From Methanosarcina siciliae T4/M (lineage in GTDB: Archaea > Halobacteriota > Methanosarcinia > Methanosarcinales > Methanosarcinaceae), in NCBI RefSeq assembly GCF_000970085.1, contig NZ_CP009506.1:2315186-2347185 (forward strand): a stretch of DNA of 32,000 nt. The letters run 5' to 3'. Positions 9,262 through 18,900 of the stretch are shown in pieces. The number at the start of each line of letters is the position of its first letter. The first letter of the stretch is position 1. Position numbers and translations under genes: made by a program. The notes beneath the pieces are model-generated. The model saw only the letters and a list, made by a program, of their open reading frames with translations, was not told the DNA's origin and made no database searches.

Positions 9262-10637
9262 GTTTTAATCCTTGTTTTGGTGGCTGTTGCTGTTTTAGCT
9301 TGACATACTTTCTCTAGAGGAAAAGTTGAGAGTATGTTTCAATCCTTGTTTTAGTGGCTGTTGCTGTTTTAGTACTGTCCATACTTCCTTTTATTAAAGA
9401 AATAAATAAGTTTCAATCCTTGTTTTAGTGGTTGTTGCTGTTTTAGTCCGGAAAACGTAACATTGGTCGAAGACGACCAAAATAGTTTCAATCCTTGTTT
9501 TAGTGGCTGTTGCTGTTTTAGTGTCGGAAGCCGTATCCAGGTTCCCTGGAAATGAAGCAGGTTTCAATCCTTGTTTTAGTGGCTGTTGCTGTTTTAGTGG
9601 TAAGCCTCAGCTTGACACGGGAAGAATTTTGAAGTTTCAATCCTTGTTTTAGTGGCTGTTGCTGTTTTAGCTGTCCAGCATGTAAGGGTTCAGGATCAAT
9701 CAGGCAATGTTTCAATCCTTGTTTTAGTGGCTGTTACCGTTTTTCCTGGAAGTAGGAATAGGATTGTATCGTAATACAAAGGGTTTCAATCCTTGTTTTA
9801 GTGGCTGTTACCGTTTTTCATGGAGATGAATTAATGAAAGATGCAGTCAATTTTATGTTTCAATCCTTGTTTTAGTGGCTGTTACCGTTTTTCTCTGTCT
9901 TATAGGTATAATGGATATTTTAGAACATAGTCGTTTCAATCCTTGTTTTAGTGGCTGTTACCGTTTTTCAAAAGGAGAGGAGAGGCAAAATGATTATAGA
10001 TTATTGGTTTCAATCCTTGTTTTAGTGGCTGTTACCGTTTTTCAATATAAAAGGAGTGAAAGAATGTCAGGGGAAGAATTTGTGGTTTCAATCCTTGTTT
10101 TAGTGGCTGTTACCGTTTTTCCAGAATGAAATTGTTGCTTGCCGTGTTTCTTATCAGTTTCAATCCTTGTTTTAGTGGCTGTTACCGTTTTTCAAAAAAT
10201 ACATAGAGATCAGGTTAGAGAAAGAGAATGTTTCAATCCTTGTTTTAGTGGCTGTTGCTGTTTTAGAAGGATACAATAGAGGTAGCCTTGAGTTTTATAG
10301 AAGTTTCAATCCTTGTTTTAGTGGCTGTTGCTGTTTTAGATAATGTTGGATAACATACAAACCTGCAAGATTGAAGAGAGTTTCAATCCTTGTTTTAGTG
10401 GCTGTTGCTGTTTTAGCGGAACATTCCACATTCCTGCCCCGTGGTTCAATGGGTTTCAATCCTTGTTTTAGTGGCTGTTGCTGTTTTAGCGTGAATCCGA
10501 AATCGTATTTGAAGAACAAATGCGAAGGTTTCAATCCTTGTTTTAGTGGCTGTTGCTGTTTTAGATGTCAAAGCTTATTTCTTCCCAAGAAGAAATGATC
10601 GTTTCAATCCTTGTTTTAGTGGCTGTTGCTGTTTTAG
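9262..10637 (-). CRISPR. CRISPR array 1: 19 repeats of 37 bp, 18 spacers of 35-41 bp
   Basis: The plus-strand repeat is GTTTCAATCCTTGTTTTAGTGGCTGTTGCTGTTTTAG. Repeats start at 9262 (degenerate: GTTTTAATCCTTGTTTTGGTGG...), 9336, 9410, 9485, 9561, 9634, 9709, 9783, 9857, 9933, 10007, 10085, 10157, 10230, 10303, 10380, 10453, 10528 and 10601. The seven repeats from 9709 to 10157 are a variant ending ...GTTACCGTTTTTC. The degenerate repeat at the left end and the conserved leader at the right end place transcription on the minus strand. The crRNA-sense repeat ends ...GGATTGAAAC. Confidence 0.97.
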
Positions 10638-10890
10638 AGGGTCGTTTTCCCTTATTTTCAGCAAATTATTAAGTAATCTCAAATCTTAAAACCAGTATCA
10701 AACAGCTTATTTTTTACTTTAACTGTCTAATCTTTGGAATTTACCTGTTTTTGTTTTGGTCAACAAAATTTGCTGGTCGACAAATAACTGGATAGTATAT
10801 AAGGAGCAGCAAGTTATAAACTTTTTCATTTTACACTGCCCGATATTGATATTAGTTTTTTGGTAGTGAACATACATGTACTTTGGAATG
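10638..10890 (-). promoter_or_regulatory. CRISPR leader of array 1 with candidate TATA box
   Basis: About 250 bp here are homologous to the sequence flanking array 2 (25478-25730). The shared start is AGGGTCGTTTTCCCTTATTT-CAGCAAATTATTAA. A shared GTATATAAGGA (TATATAA at 10796-10802) sits exactly 159 bp from the first repeat in both leaders. Confidence 0.7.
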
Positions 10891-10935
10891 AAATTCTTTA
10901 GGAACTTGGGGGTGAGCAGCAAGTATCAAATTTGA

Positions 10936-11013
10936 TTTTCAGCAAATTATTAAATAATTTCGAATATGAAAATCAAAATCAAACAAATAATATTTTATGT
11001 GACTGTATGATAG
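10936..11013 (-). repeat. Orphan partial leader copy (third copy of the repeat-proximal leader segment) with no repeat attached
   Basis: TTTTCAGCAAATTATTAAATAATTTCGAATATGAAAATCAAAATCAAACAAATAATATTTTATG aligns to the first ~75 bp of both leaders. It is preceded by unrelated sequence rather than a CRISPR repeat. It abuts the stop codon of the 818-aa gene. Confidence 0.6.
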
Positions 11014-11024
11014 TTGGAATTCTA

Positions 11025-13481
11025 TTATAATTTTGATGATATTTTAGCGGCGTACTTTGCAGTTTTCTCATTATTGGATAATTGGGATAATATAATTGCA
11101 CGTGAATCTGCTGAAAGCTTTTCAAAATTCATTTCAATAGATTGTACAATGTACTTAGTATTCGGAGAATCGTCAAGACACTTATACAAAATGTTTTTTA
11201 GTTTATCGGATGTGTTGTCAAAATTTTTAATAATAGCTCTTGCAACAAATTTTTCACATTTTTCATCATTTGAAAGTTTTAATAAACTATATTCAAAGAC
11301 ATCAGTAGGAATATTTTGACATTTATCTGCAATTGCCTTTGCGATATGGGATCTATATTCTTCTTTTTCTAACATATTAAAGAGTACACACTTTAAGTGA
11401 TCAGGAAGAACTCTATAATTTTCAATGATAGCACGAGCTATGTCCTTGTCAAAGTTCTCTGTTTTGTAAATTTCAATTATTAAATTCTTTGCCTCATCTG
11501 AAAGATTATTGTAATTATCTGTCAAGGCTCGTGCCAGGTGGCCTGCAACTTTATTATCATGCGACATATCAAACAGTAATGTCTTCAATTCTTCGGGAAC
11601 GACATAAAAATAATCCGTTATAGCTCTTGCAATATCTTTTTTCAGTCCCTCTTCCATATATAAATCATGTAGTAGGGTCTGTGCTTCTTTTGGGAGATTT
11701 GAGTAATTATATACAAGAGTCCGAACTACAGATCTTTTTGCACTATCACTTTTTGCCAATGTGAAAAGTAAACCCTGAATTTCATTTGGAAGATTGCTGT
11801 AATTATCTGCTATAACCCTCGAAATATAACCTGCAGCATTTTCGTCTTCAGCTAATTTCCATAAAAACTTAGAATAGATTTCTGGAAAAATAGTTGTGGA
11901 ACATTCTTTTGCTGTAAGTAGATATTTTAAGGATTGAAGGTATGTTGGATGTGAAAATCTTATTCGGTCATTAAAAATCTCGATTTTATCGCCTCTAAAC
12001 CATTCAATAACCGAAGAGGAACTCAAAGCATCTTTGATTCCAAATTCTTGAACCATTTCAATATATTTTTCTTTAACGAACTCCAGTTTAAAGGAACCCG
12101 ATGTAAAAGGAAACGACAAAAATAAGATTTTATCTTCTGAAAGAGTGCTAATTTCATCCGCAAAACTTACAGCTGCATCTCTTGACTTTTCAATTATCTT
12201 TTCATGCAAAATTGCAGAGTCTGTGATATTGCGACTTGTAACGCAAAAATCTCTAATCCGGAGGGGAGTTGGCAGACTGATAGGTAATTTTAGTTGCTCC
12301 AAGATGTAAGTTTTAAGTTCTACATCAGATAGCCATATGCATCTATTTTTTTTCGCCCACATGAGAAGAAGCTTTTCTCTTTCATTATAATCTTGAAAGT
12401 TACTTTTCGCATTGAGCTTTTGCACAACCTTTCCGAAATCAATAGAGTAGTTGTGAGAATTGAACTCTTGAAAAACCTCACTTCTAGAAGTTATTATTAA
12501 ATATATGTTCTCAAATTCACGAATTTTATCTATTATTGCTTTAATCTCTTTTTCCAGTAATTCTATTTTTTCGTACTTATTTTCTCCAAAGGGATCTTCA
12601 AAATAAAATATCTGTTTTTCCTTTAGATCAGAGTCGATTTTTTCAAACCCTTTTTTCTTTTCATGTAATGAGTTCTCTGCCCTTTTCCATACAGGCTGAT
12701 ACTCTTTTAAGTAATATTCCCATAAAAGCCTGACAGCAGTAAACGTTTTGCCAGATTCGGGATTTCCAGTAATAACGACAACTTTATTGTTTTCTAGGAT
12801 TTTCTTTATTTCATCATATTCTTTGGGAATAACGAAAAGTCTGTCTATTCCCTCATATATTGAGCCTTTAGGAATCCCGAGTGTATTTAAGAAGTTAAGA
12901 CTTTTTGCCCATCTTTTGAAGCTCACGGTGTCAACATAATATAAATATTTCTTTTTATATTCTTGTGGATTAAAGATTTCCTGGTCACAGTAGTCCAATT
13001 TTTGGTATAAATTCTCTGTGAATAAAATAAAAGTAGTCCTAGTTGATTCGTTATGAGTGGCTTTATAAAATTTGCTGTATTCACCAATAATATTATTTTT
13101 TAAAAAATAAATGGTAGAGTCTTCGTCAATAAAGGAGTCACTATTAAAATCTGTATTTTCTTGATAACTTACACTGCCCAGAGCGATTTCAAAAGGAAAA
13201 TCTTGTTGTAGTTCTATAATTTCAGAAATAGAAATAAGCAATTTCTGAAAATCTTCCGAAACTATTAACCAATCATCGCGCCCCGTACTTATTCCAATAA
13301 AAGATTTCCTCTTTTTAAGATCTTCTACTTTATTTTTTAGAAGTTGTCTTAATTTATGTCTTATATGGCTGGGCTCTATATTTTGATCATGTAGATCATA
13401 TGTATCTACGATTCCTTTAGCACGATTTTCGAATCCTAATATGTCAATGTAACAAAGATAATACTCTTTTGTATCCACCAT
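11025..13481 (-). CDS. Tripartite CRISPR-linked protein: palm/cyclase-like N-domain (tentative), P-loop NTPase (STAND-like), C-terminal HEAT/ARM-like repeats
   Basis: The 818-aa ORF has Walker A VVVITGNPESGKT (res 234-246) and Walker B IFYFEDPFG (res 291-299), followed by LIITSR. Residues ~548-818 form about 8.5 tandem ~32-aa two-helix repeats with the pattern (A/V)ARAIxxNYxxLPxExxxLL. The N-terminal ~190 aa carry YLCYIDILGFEN, STGRDDWLIVSE and FEIALGSVSY, in the order and spacing of GGDEF/Cas10-palm/class III cyclase motifs. The gene lies 69 bp downstream of cmr3 on the same strand. Confidence 0.85.
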   Translation of the reverse strand: MVDTKEYYLCYIDILGFENRAKGIVDTYDLHDQNIEPSHIRHKLRQLLKNKVEDLKKRKSFIGISTGRDDWLIVSEDFQKLLISISEIIELQQDFPFEIALGSVSYQENTDFNSDSFIDEDSTIYFLKNNIIGEYSKFYKATHNESTRTTFILFTENLYQKLDYCDQEIFNPQEYKKKYLYYVDTVSFKRWAKSLNFLNTLGIPKGSIYEGIDRLFVIPKEYDEIKKILENNKVVVITGNPESGKTFTAVRLLWEYYLKEYQPVWKRAENSLHEKKKGFEKIDSDLKEKQIFYFEDPFGENKYEKIELLEKEIKAIIDKIREFENIYLIITSRSEVFQEFNSHNYSIDFGKVVQKLNAKSNFQDYNEREKLLLMWAKKNRCIWLSDVELKTYILEQLKLPISLPTPLRIRDFCVTSRNITDSAILHEKIIEKSRDAAVSFADEISTLSEDKILFLSFPFTSGSFKLEFVKEKYIEMVQEFGIKDALSSSSVIEWFRGDKIEIFNDRIRFSHPTYLQSLKYLLTAKECSTTIFPEIYSKFLWKLAEDENAAGYISRVIADNYSNLPNEIQGLLFTLAKSDSAKRSVVRTLVYNYSNLPKEAQTLLHDLYMEEGLKKDIARAITDYFYVVPEELKTLLFDMSHDNKVAGHLARALTDNYNNLSDEAKNLIIEIYKTENFDKDIARAIIENYRVLPDHLKCVLFNMLEKEEYRSHIAKAIADKCQNIPTDVFEYSLLKLSNDEKCEKFVARAIIKNFDNTSDKLKNILYKCLDDSPNTKYIVQSIEMNFEKLSADSRAIILSQLSNNEKTAKYAAKISSKL

Positions 13482-13550
13482 TTTAGAGCCTCTTTAAAAA
13501 TGGGATATTAATTCAGAAACAATTTCATATAATTTTTAAAATTGAATGTG

Positions 13551-14555
13551 TCACTCTAAATTCGCAAATTTAAGCAGCCCAAAGGAACCAAGTTCAATCT
13601 TGTTAATTTTTTCTTCAAAGCAAGTACCCGGAACAAACGCAACCCCATTTGAACTCAAATACCTTCCAAAACCCTTTTTCAGATCGTACATTCTTCCTAC
13701 AAGTGGCTCAAGCTCACCTCTATATTTTATAGATTTCTCAGAGTCCAGTAACAGATGGCCGAATATAGGAACTCCTTTATTACCATTATCTTTGTTGAAA
13801 ATCAAACGATCTTCAGCGCTTTCAAGAAACCAGTCAAAAACAGGGGTACGCTCAATCTTTTTCACTTCAGTTATTCTCAATTCCAATTTCCCGAATCCAT
13901 ATCTAAGATCTCCCCCAACATGGATTTCATTTAAAGCTTCAAACAACTTTATTGAGGTATTCTCATACCCAAGTTCTATCTCTTCAAATTTTTCGCTGTT
14001 TTTTACAGAACATTTTTCAGAAATGTCTTCTTTCACAAAAAGATACCCTTTCCAATAAACCTGCATAACTCCACAATTTATTTTATCCAAAGTTTTGCAA
14101 TTTACCTTGTTCAAGATATATTCGGTCTCATGCAAACTTTCATCCATTGCCGAGTTCCTGTTTCCTACTGTTGCTGTGGAAACAAAAGAGCTAATGAAAG
14201 TGGATTCAAATTCTCTTTCGGAACACTTGCCATATTTTAAGCCTTCTTGCGTAAAGATTGGATTAAATGTATGTTGAATGTTCCCATTTTCTTGGTCTGT
14301 AATCTCTGGAAAGAAATACGTATTTTTTACATATCTTTCAATACATTTCCCAACCTCTTCGTAAACTTTGGGATTGTATTTTATTCCTTCGTCAATTAAT
14401 TTTCTTGCCGCGTTTGCGGTTAGAGCGCCCCACATTGTTTTACCAGGGATATACCTCCGGGCTTGCTGAATAAATCCTATTTTTCGACTGCCGATGAAGA
14501 TAGGAGATTTTGCTTTAAATCTTATCTCAAAGCATGTATAACCCATAGTTCTCAC
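13551..14555 (-). CDS. cmr3: Type III RAMP subunit Cmr3 (Cas5 group)
   Basis: The 334-aa ORF is the last effector gene and overlaps the cmr5 stop by 4 bp. It has a RAMP-like N-terminus (FEIRFKAKSPIFIGS...IPGKTMWGALTANAARKL) and a C-terminal glycine loop (HVGGDLRYGFGKLEL). Its position matches cmr3 in the III-C gene order. Confidence 0.65.
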   Translation of the reverse strand: MRTMGYTCFEIRFKAKSPIFIGSRKIGFIQQARRYIPGKTMWGALTANAARKLIDEGIKYNPKVYEEVGKCIERYVKNTYFFPEITDQENGNIQHTFNPIFTQEGLKYGKCSEREFESTFISSFVSTATVGNRNSAMDESLHETEYILNKVNCKTLDKINCGVMQVYWKGYLFVKEDISEKCSVKNSEKFEEIELGYENTSIKLFEALNEIHVGGDLRYGFGKLELRITEVKKIERTPVFDWFLESAEDRLIFNKDNGNKGVPIFGHLLLDSEKSIKYRGELEPLVGRMYDLKKGFGRYLSSNGVAFVPGTCFEEKINKIELGSFGLLKFANLE

Positions 14556-14998
14556 TCTCTCTTTTCCTCATCAGCATTTTCTTCCTCTTCCGAATTCCCT
14601 CTTTCTCCTGCATTTAGAGATTTTGCACGATAACGTGCATAAATAAAGGTTTGTTCAAGAACTTGCTTTGCGAAAAGCAATTTTCTTATATCAGTTGAAA
14701 GATTGATGATTTTTCCTTCTTCACTTCCCCCAACGCCGGATTCAATTTCTATATTACACTCTTCCAGAATCTTCACTACATCGATTCTGTTATTTCGATT
14801 CCCGTTTTTGTTTGAAGCTTTTAAATATAACCATAGAGCGTACACCCCATTTGATGACAGAACTCCTAATGATTTATTTATGAAAGATTCTATCTCTTTA
14901 GGTTTCATCCCTTCCTTTGAACCTTCAGGTTTCATTAATTTATCAACAATATCGAAACCGCTTTTTGCAGCGATAAAATCAATATTATTTTGAGCCAT
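14552..14998 (-). CDS. cmr5: Type III small subunit Cmr5 (Cas11 group)
   Basis: A ~149-aa protein is predicted from the internal ATG (MAQNNIDFIAAKSG...). The longer ORF to 15094 would overlap cmr4 extensively. The sequence looks all-helical (LGVLSSNGVYALWLYLKA) with an acidic tail. It sits between cmr4 and cmr3. Confidence 0.6.
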   Translation of the reverse strand: MAQNNIDFIAAKSGFDIVDKLMKPEGSKEGMKPKEIESFINKSLGVLSSNGVYALWLYLKASNKNGNRNNRIDVVKILEECNIEIESGVGGSEEGKIINLSTDIRKLLFAKQVLEQTFIYARYRAKSLNAGERGNSEEEENADEEKRE

Positions 14999-15983
14999 TT
15001 TCTCCCACTTCCTCAATCGTAACTCTTCCGAAACCTCTTGTGACCATCCCACCGATACCAAGAGTCTCAAAGTAGCAGAACCCACCTTTAACAATTGATT
15101 TTACATCGAGAAGCGAGATCAGGGTGTTACTTTTCCCTTCCTTTGAGCTGTTCTCACTCTTTTTGCCATATCCAAAATAATCAGGATCGTTTATACCCAG
15201 TTCAAACCAGAGTATAGTGCTCCTCGGGATGGCTTCACTGGTAAAAAGGGCACCATCCTTTCCTGCACCAGTTACTGGATCAATAGATACTGAAGTTCTT
15301 ACCTCAAGGTTAGAATTTATAATCTGGGAGATTAATGAATCAGGTACGATTACAATTCTGCTGGAGAGCAATTTATTTTTCTTTGAACCGAGGGATGCAA
15401 GATGATCAAATGATGGCAATTCTTTTTCATCTTCAATTGGAAGATTGAGCCACCCAAGATTCAGGCTTGATTCCCCTGAGAACTCAGAGCCAACCACTAT
15501 AAAGCTATTCGAAGGCTTGTTTTTTGTCTCTAATTGAATTCCAAAATCTTCTAAAATCATGGGAGAAGTTATCCATGCAGGCCCAATCCTTGTACTAACT
15601 GGGAATAAAAGGATGTGAGCGTCGCTAAAGTAAACAAGCCCCTGTGAGCTTCCTCTATCATCATTCTTTGAGAAACCAAAGGATCTACAGATAATGCATT
15701 TTCCACAGTGACCTTTTTTATTATTTCCAGGTGATACATCATTGTCTTGTCCTGCACAAGTAATTTTTACCTTATATTCTTGATCTTCTTTCTGATCCTC
15801 TATTTCTTTATATGTAGCATAAGTCCTTGCAGTCCCTGCAATGCTGCTTCCGGGAATTTTTGGAAGATTGGTTGCTGGCTCTCTCACTATAGTATTATCT
15901 ACACGGCCTATCTGGTAGCCCCCGGTGCCGATGTGTATCGGATCAAGCGTAAACATAAAGTATTTACTCATTTTTATCACCAT
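14985..15983 (-). CDS. cmr4: Type III backbone RAMP subunit Cmr4 (Cas7 group)
   Basis: The N-terminus FTLDPIHIGTGGYQIGRVDNTIVREPATNLPKIPGSSIAGTARTY carries the Cmr4/Csm3 signature, including the candidate catalytic Asp. Also present are HCGKCIICRSFG, VYFSDAHILLFPV and a C-terminal GIGGMVTRGFG loop. The start could be the second Met (MSKYF, 15971). Confidence 0.85.
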   Translation of the reverse strand: MVIKMSKYFMFTLDPIHIGTGGYQIGRVDNTIVREPATNLPKIPGSSIAGTARTYATYKEIEDQKEDQEYKVKITCAGQDNDVSPGNNKKGHCGKCIICRSFGFSKNDDRGSSQGLVYFSDAHILLFPVSTRIGPAWITSPMILEDFGIQLETKNKPSNSFIVVGSEFSGESSLNLGWLNLPIEDEKELPSFDHLASLGSKKNKLLSSRIVIVPDSLISQIINSNLEVRTSVSIDPVTGAGKDGALFTSEAIPRSTILWFELGINDPDYFGYGKKSENSSKEGKSNTLISLLDVKSIVKGGFCYFETLGIGGMVTRGFGRVTIEEVGENGSK

Positions 15984-18900
15984 TTGGCTTCAATTTTAGT
16001 ATAGAGTTGTAAAACTCCAGAATATCAAAAATCGTTTTGTCGAGACAAACCTTCTTAAGCAGCTCTTTTCCCTCTTTATCTAAAGAATTCCACCACTTAC
16101 GAGTTCCAACATTTATCAAAATGTTTTCAATTTGTTTTTCGAGAGTTTCATAGTATTCAGTTTTATTTTTCTCTTTACAGTCTTTCCAATCCATATGGAG
16201 TTTCACAAGGTTTTCTTGTATGTTTTTCAGTTGTGAAGTTGTCATGTATTGTGTATTGAACAAGTTCCATACCTTTTCAAAGACTGACGAGAACTCTTCA
16301 AGAAGGTAAGGCTTTGAACCTTTAAGCGAACTTTTATCAATTCTCTTATGATCACTATCATAACTAATTTCCAATCTTCGGGCCGTGGTATCTAAAAATT
16401 CGAAATCGAAATAATTGGGATAAAGCTTTACACAATCTCCCTGGTCTAAATCGGACCCGTTGATTAGAAATTCCTTTTCATTCTCTATAAATGTTTTAAA
16501 AAAGCTCTTTTTTTTCTGTGCTTTATCTTCAGAGGTCTTAAGAAGGAAGTTAAAATAATATTTTGCCTGCTCATCTAAGCATTTATTCAATTGAATTTCT
16601 TTCTTCCTAATTCCCTGGTTATCAACTTCCAGATTGTCAACTTCCAGATTAACTATAGGAGAGTCTTTTGAAAAATTACTTACTGAAAAATCCATAAATT
16701 CAACGTCTTCAAAACCGTTAAGCATTCTTCTAGATGCATTTACAGCGGCATAAAGAGCTGTTTTTGAATCAAAAAAGACAACACCTAAGTTTAGAGGTAG
16801 TCTCCCTGCAACATTTCCCATTTCTAATGAATATTTTGCGTGAATTTCAGATATTATTTTTGGAACACTGTTTGCAGGCACTATAAATTGAAACGTAACT
16901 GGAGATAACAAAACTTCAAGGAAAGGATTGTAATAACTCCCATAAAAAACATCATTGATTATATATCTTTCAAATTTATCTGGTTTTGTTCCTTCAAGTT
17001 CGATTTCAATTTCATCCCCAATATATTTTTTTAACTTGTCTGTCGTATCATCAAACAAGCCCTTTAATTCAGGTATGTCTAAATTTTGGGTAGTGATGAA
17101 TTTTTCTCCATCGAAATACATTACAATGCTCAATTTCTTGAATTTTGCTACGTATGTGCCACGTAATAGACCTTTTGTATCTTTTAAAGTGATATTTAGG
17201 CGCTTAAATCGAATCTTCGATGAGGTTTCAATATCTTTGTAATCATGGGCAGTGGGTATGTAAATGTAGTAATTTTCATTATTCTTTAAAAAGTCACTGG
17301 TTTCCTTCCAGAAGGTTTCAGTAGATGTCCAAATCCGCCTCAATCTTGAAGGAGATGGATGTTTCCTGAAAATAGTTAGTAACAGACGTTCTGTCGCTTT
17401 TTCACAACTGGAACCATCCTTCCAATTGTTTATTTTAGCATCCCAAAGTGGATTTCTATCTACCACTAAATTTTCATAGAACTGGTGGGAATTCATTTCA
17501 CGTTGGTAAGACTCTCCAGCAATCTCTTCTAAACATTTTGGCTTTCCTTTATTTATTTTCAGTTCTTGCCTCAAGCAGTCACTCAACGAGTTCCAATTAT
17601 CGTATGATTCTAAGTTTTGAGTTGTCTGGGAAAAAACAGTATTTAGGAGTTCTCCATTAAGCCACTTACTTAGATTGAACCTTCCTGTTACGATTGCTAC
17701 TTTTCCATTTGAATCTGCAATTTCATTAATCCAAATTGTGGGGTACTTTTTATCGGAGAAATTATTAGGTAACCAATCTTTTATTCGGCTTTCTCCCCTA
17801 TTCAAACAACACTTACAAACTTCCTGATGTTCACATTTCGGATGAACTTTACATACAGGGCAAATATCAACCTGATATTCTTTATTGCCTCCCCCAGCTA
17901 TACATTCATGATATCTTGTACAGGTATTTTTGCAAAAACTACGTTTTATTCTTCCATTATTAATACATTGATCATTACTCTTGCAAACATCACAAGAACT
18001 TTTTGAAACCTGGGCATCTTGAACATCGATGGTCAAAACTTGATCCCATTTTTCTTTCCATTCAGGGACTTCTTCGTGAAGCTGAAAATTACCTCTTGCT
18101 TCGGTTAAAAGATTTGTAAGTAAGACTAGAGAACGAGAAGATTCACTTATGGATATATATGGTATAACTTCCCCATCAGACTTTTTATTTACTCTACACA
18201 GTATTTCTTCTTTTATCAATTTCTCTAGAGAATCCCGGCCTATATCAGGACCAACAAAATAGATACCACTTTCATCTCTGTAGATTTCATTTCCAATTGG
18301 AAATTCTTCTTCTATATACGTTTTTATTTCTTGATCAATATCCTCAGTTAGTTTTCTGTATGCTACAATATCAACCAACTTGTGTGCCTTTTCTACCAGA
18401 CCAAGTTTATCGTATTGCACCCCTATAATAACCCACTTTAAATCTTTTAGATTAGTCCATTCCCCATTATGTATCATATTTGCAATGGCTGATTTGTAAA
18501 GACTTGCAACAGAATAAGAATGATCCCATAGAGTAACATCATTTCCACTTCGCCTGGTATCTCCAAGGGCTTTTAGGAATTCTTTTTTCAACAGTTCAAT
18601 TATTTTTTTTCTCTGCATCACTATATTATCTGGTTTTTCAGAAATTTCTTCTAAGTAGGTAGACAATTCATTGCAAAGATTTTCTCTGCTCGGCTTTAAA
18701 TCTTCAATGTTAATTTTCTTTTCATGCCCAAAAGAAGTAGATATTTTTGTACACTCAATTGATTGCTTTCCAATATTTTGAAGAATACCTTTGTCTACTC
18801 CAGAATCAAGACGATCAATATTTTTTAATAACTCGATAAGTCTTTTATCAGTTTTTTTTCCATGATGTTCTGAAATTATTTCTTTAGGCCCCGCCAATTT

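Noticed and set aside
9052-10598. ORFs from the track lying inside array 1 (9052-9303, 9518-9715, 9875-10129, 10295-10534, 10371-10598), with recurring peptides such as SILVLVAVAVL, NPCFSGCCCF and KQQQPLKQGLK.
   Set aside because: The recurring peptides are simply translations of the 37-bp CRISPR repeat in different frames and strands. These are not genes.
10719-10922. A 67-aa minus-strand ORF in the array 1 leader region.
   Set aside because: It lies within sequence homologous to the non-coding leader of array 2, where the frame is not conserved. It is AT-rich and low-complexity.
11014-11319. Plus-strand ORFs antisense to long minus-strand genes (11014-11319, 12748-12939, 13546-14058, 14703-14993, 16955-17242, 19894-20139, 21458-21832, 22983-23336). 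Similar antisense ORFs occur in the flanks (125-466, 648-1079, 1805-2290, 2645-3103, 4907-5413, 5762-6259, 27166-27573, 27688-28005, 29301-29684, 29584-29967, 30110-30331).
   Set aside because: Each is fully nested in, and antisense or out of frame to, a longer ORF with clear family motifs. Their compositions are low-complexity mirror images of the real genes.
16621-16650. A 15-bp tandem duplication inside cas10 (ATCAACTTCCAGATT and GTCAACTTCCAGATT, encoding NLEVDNLEVDN).
   Set aside because: It is real but small, in-frame and in a poorly conserved C-terminal linker. It is most likely neutral replication slippage.
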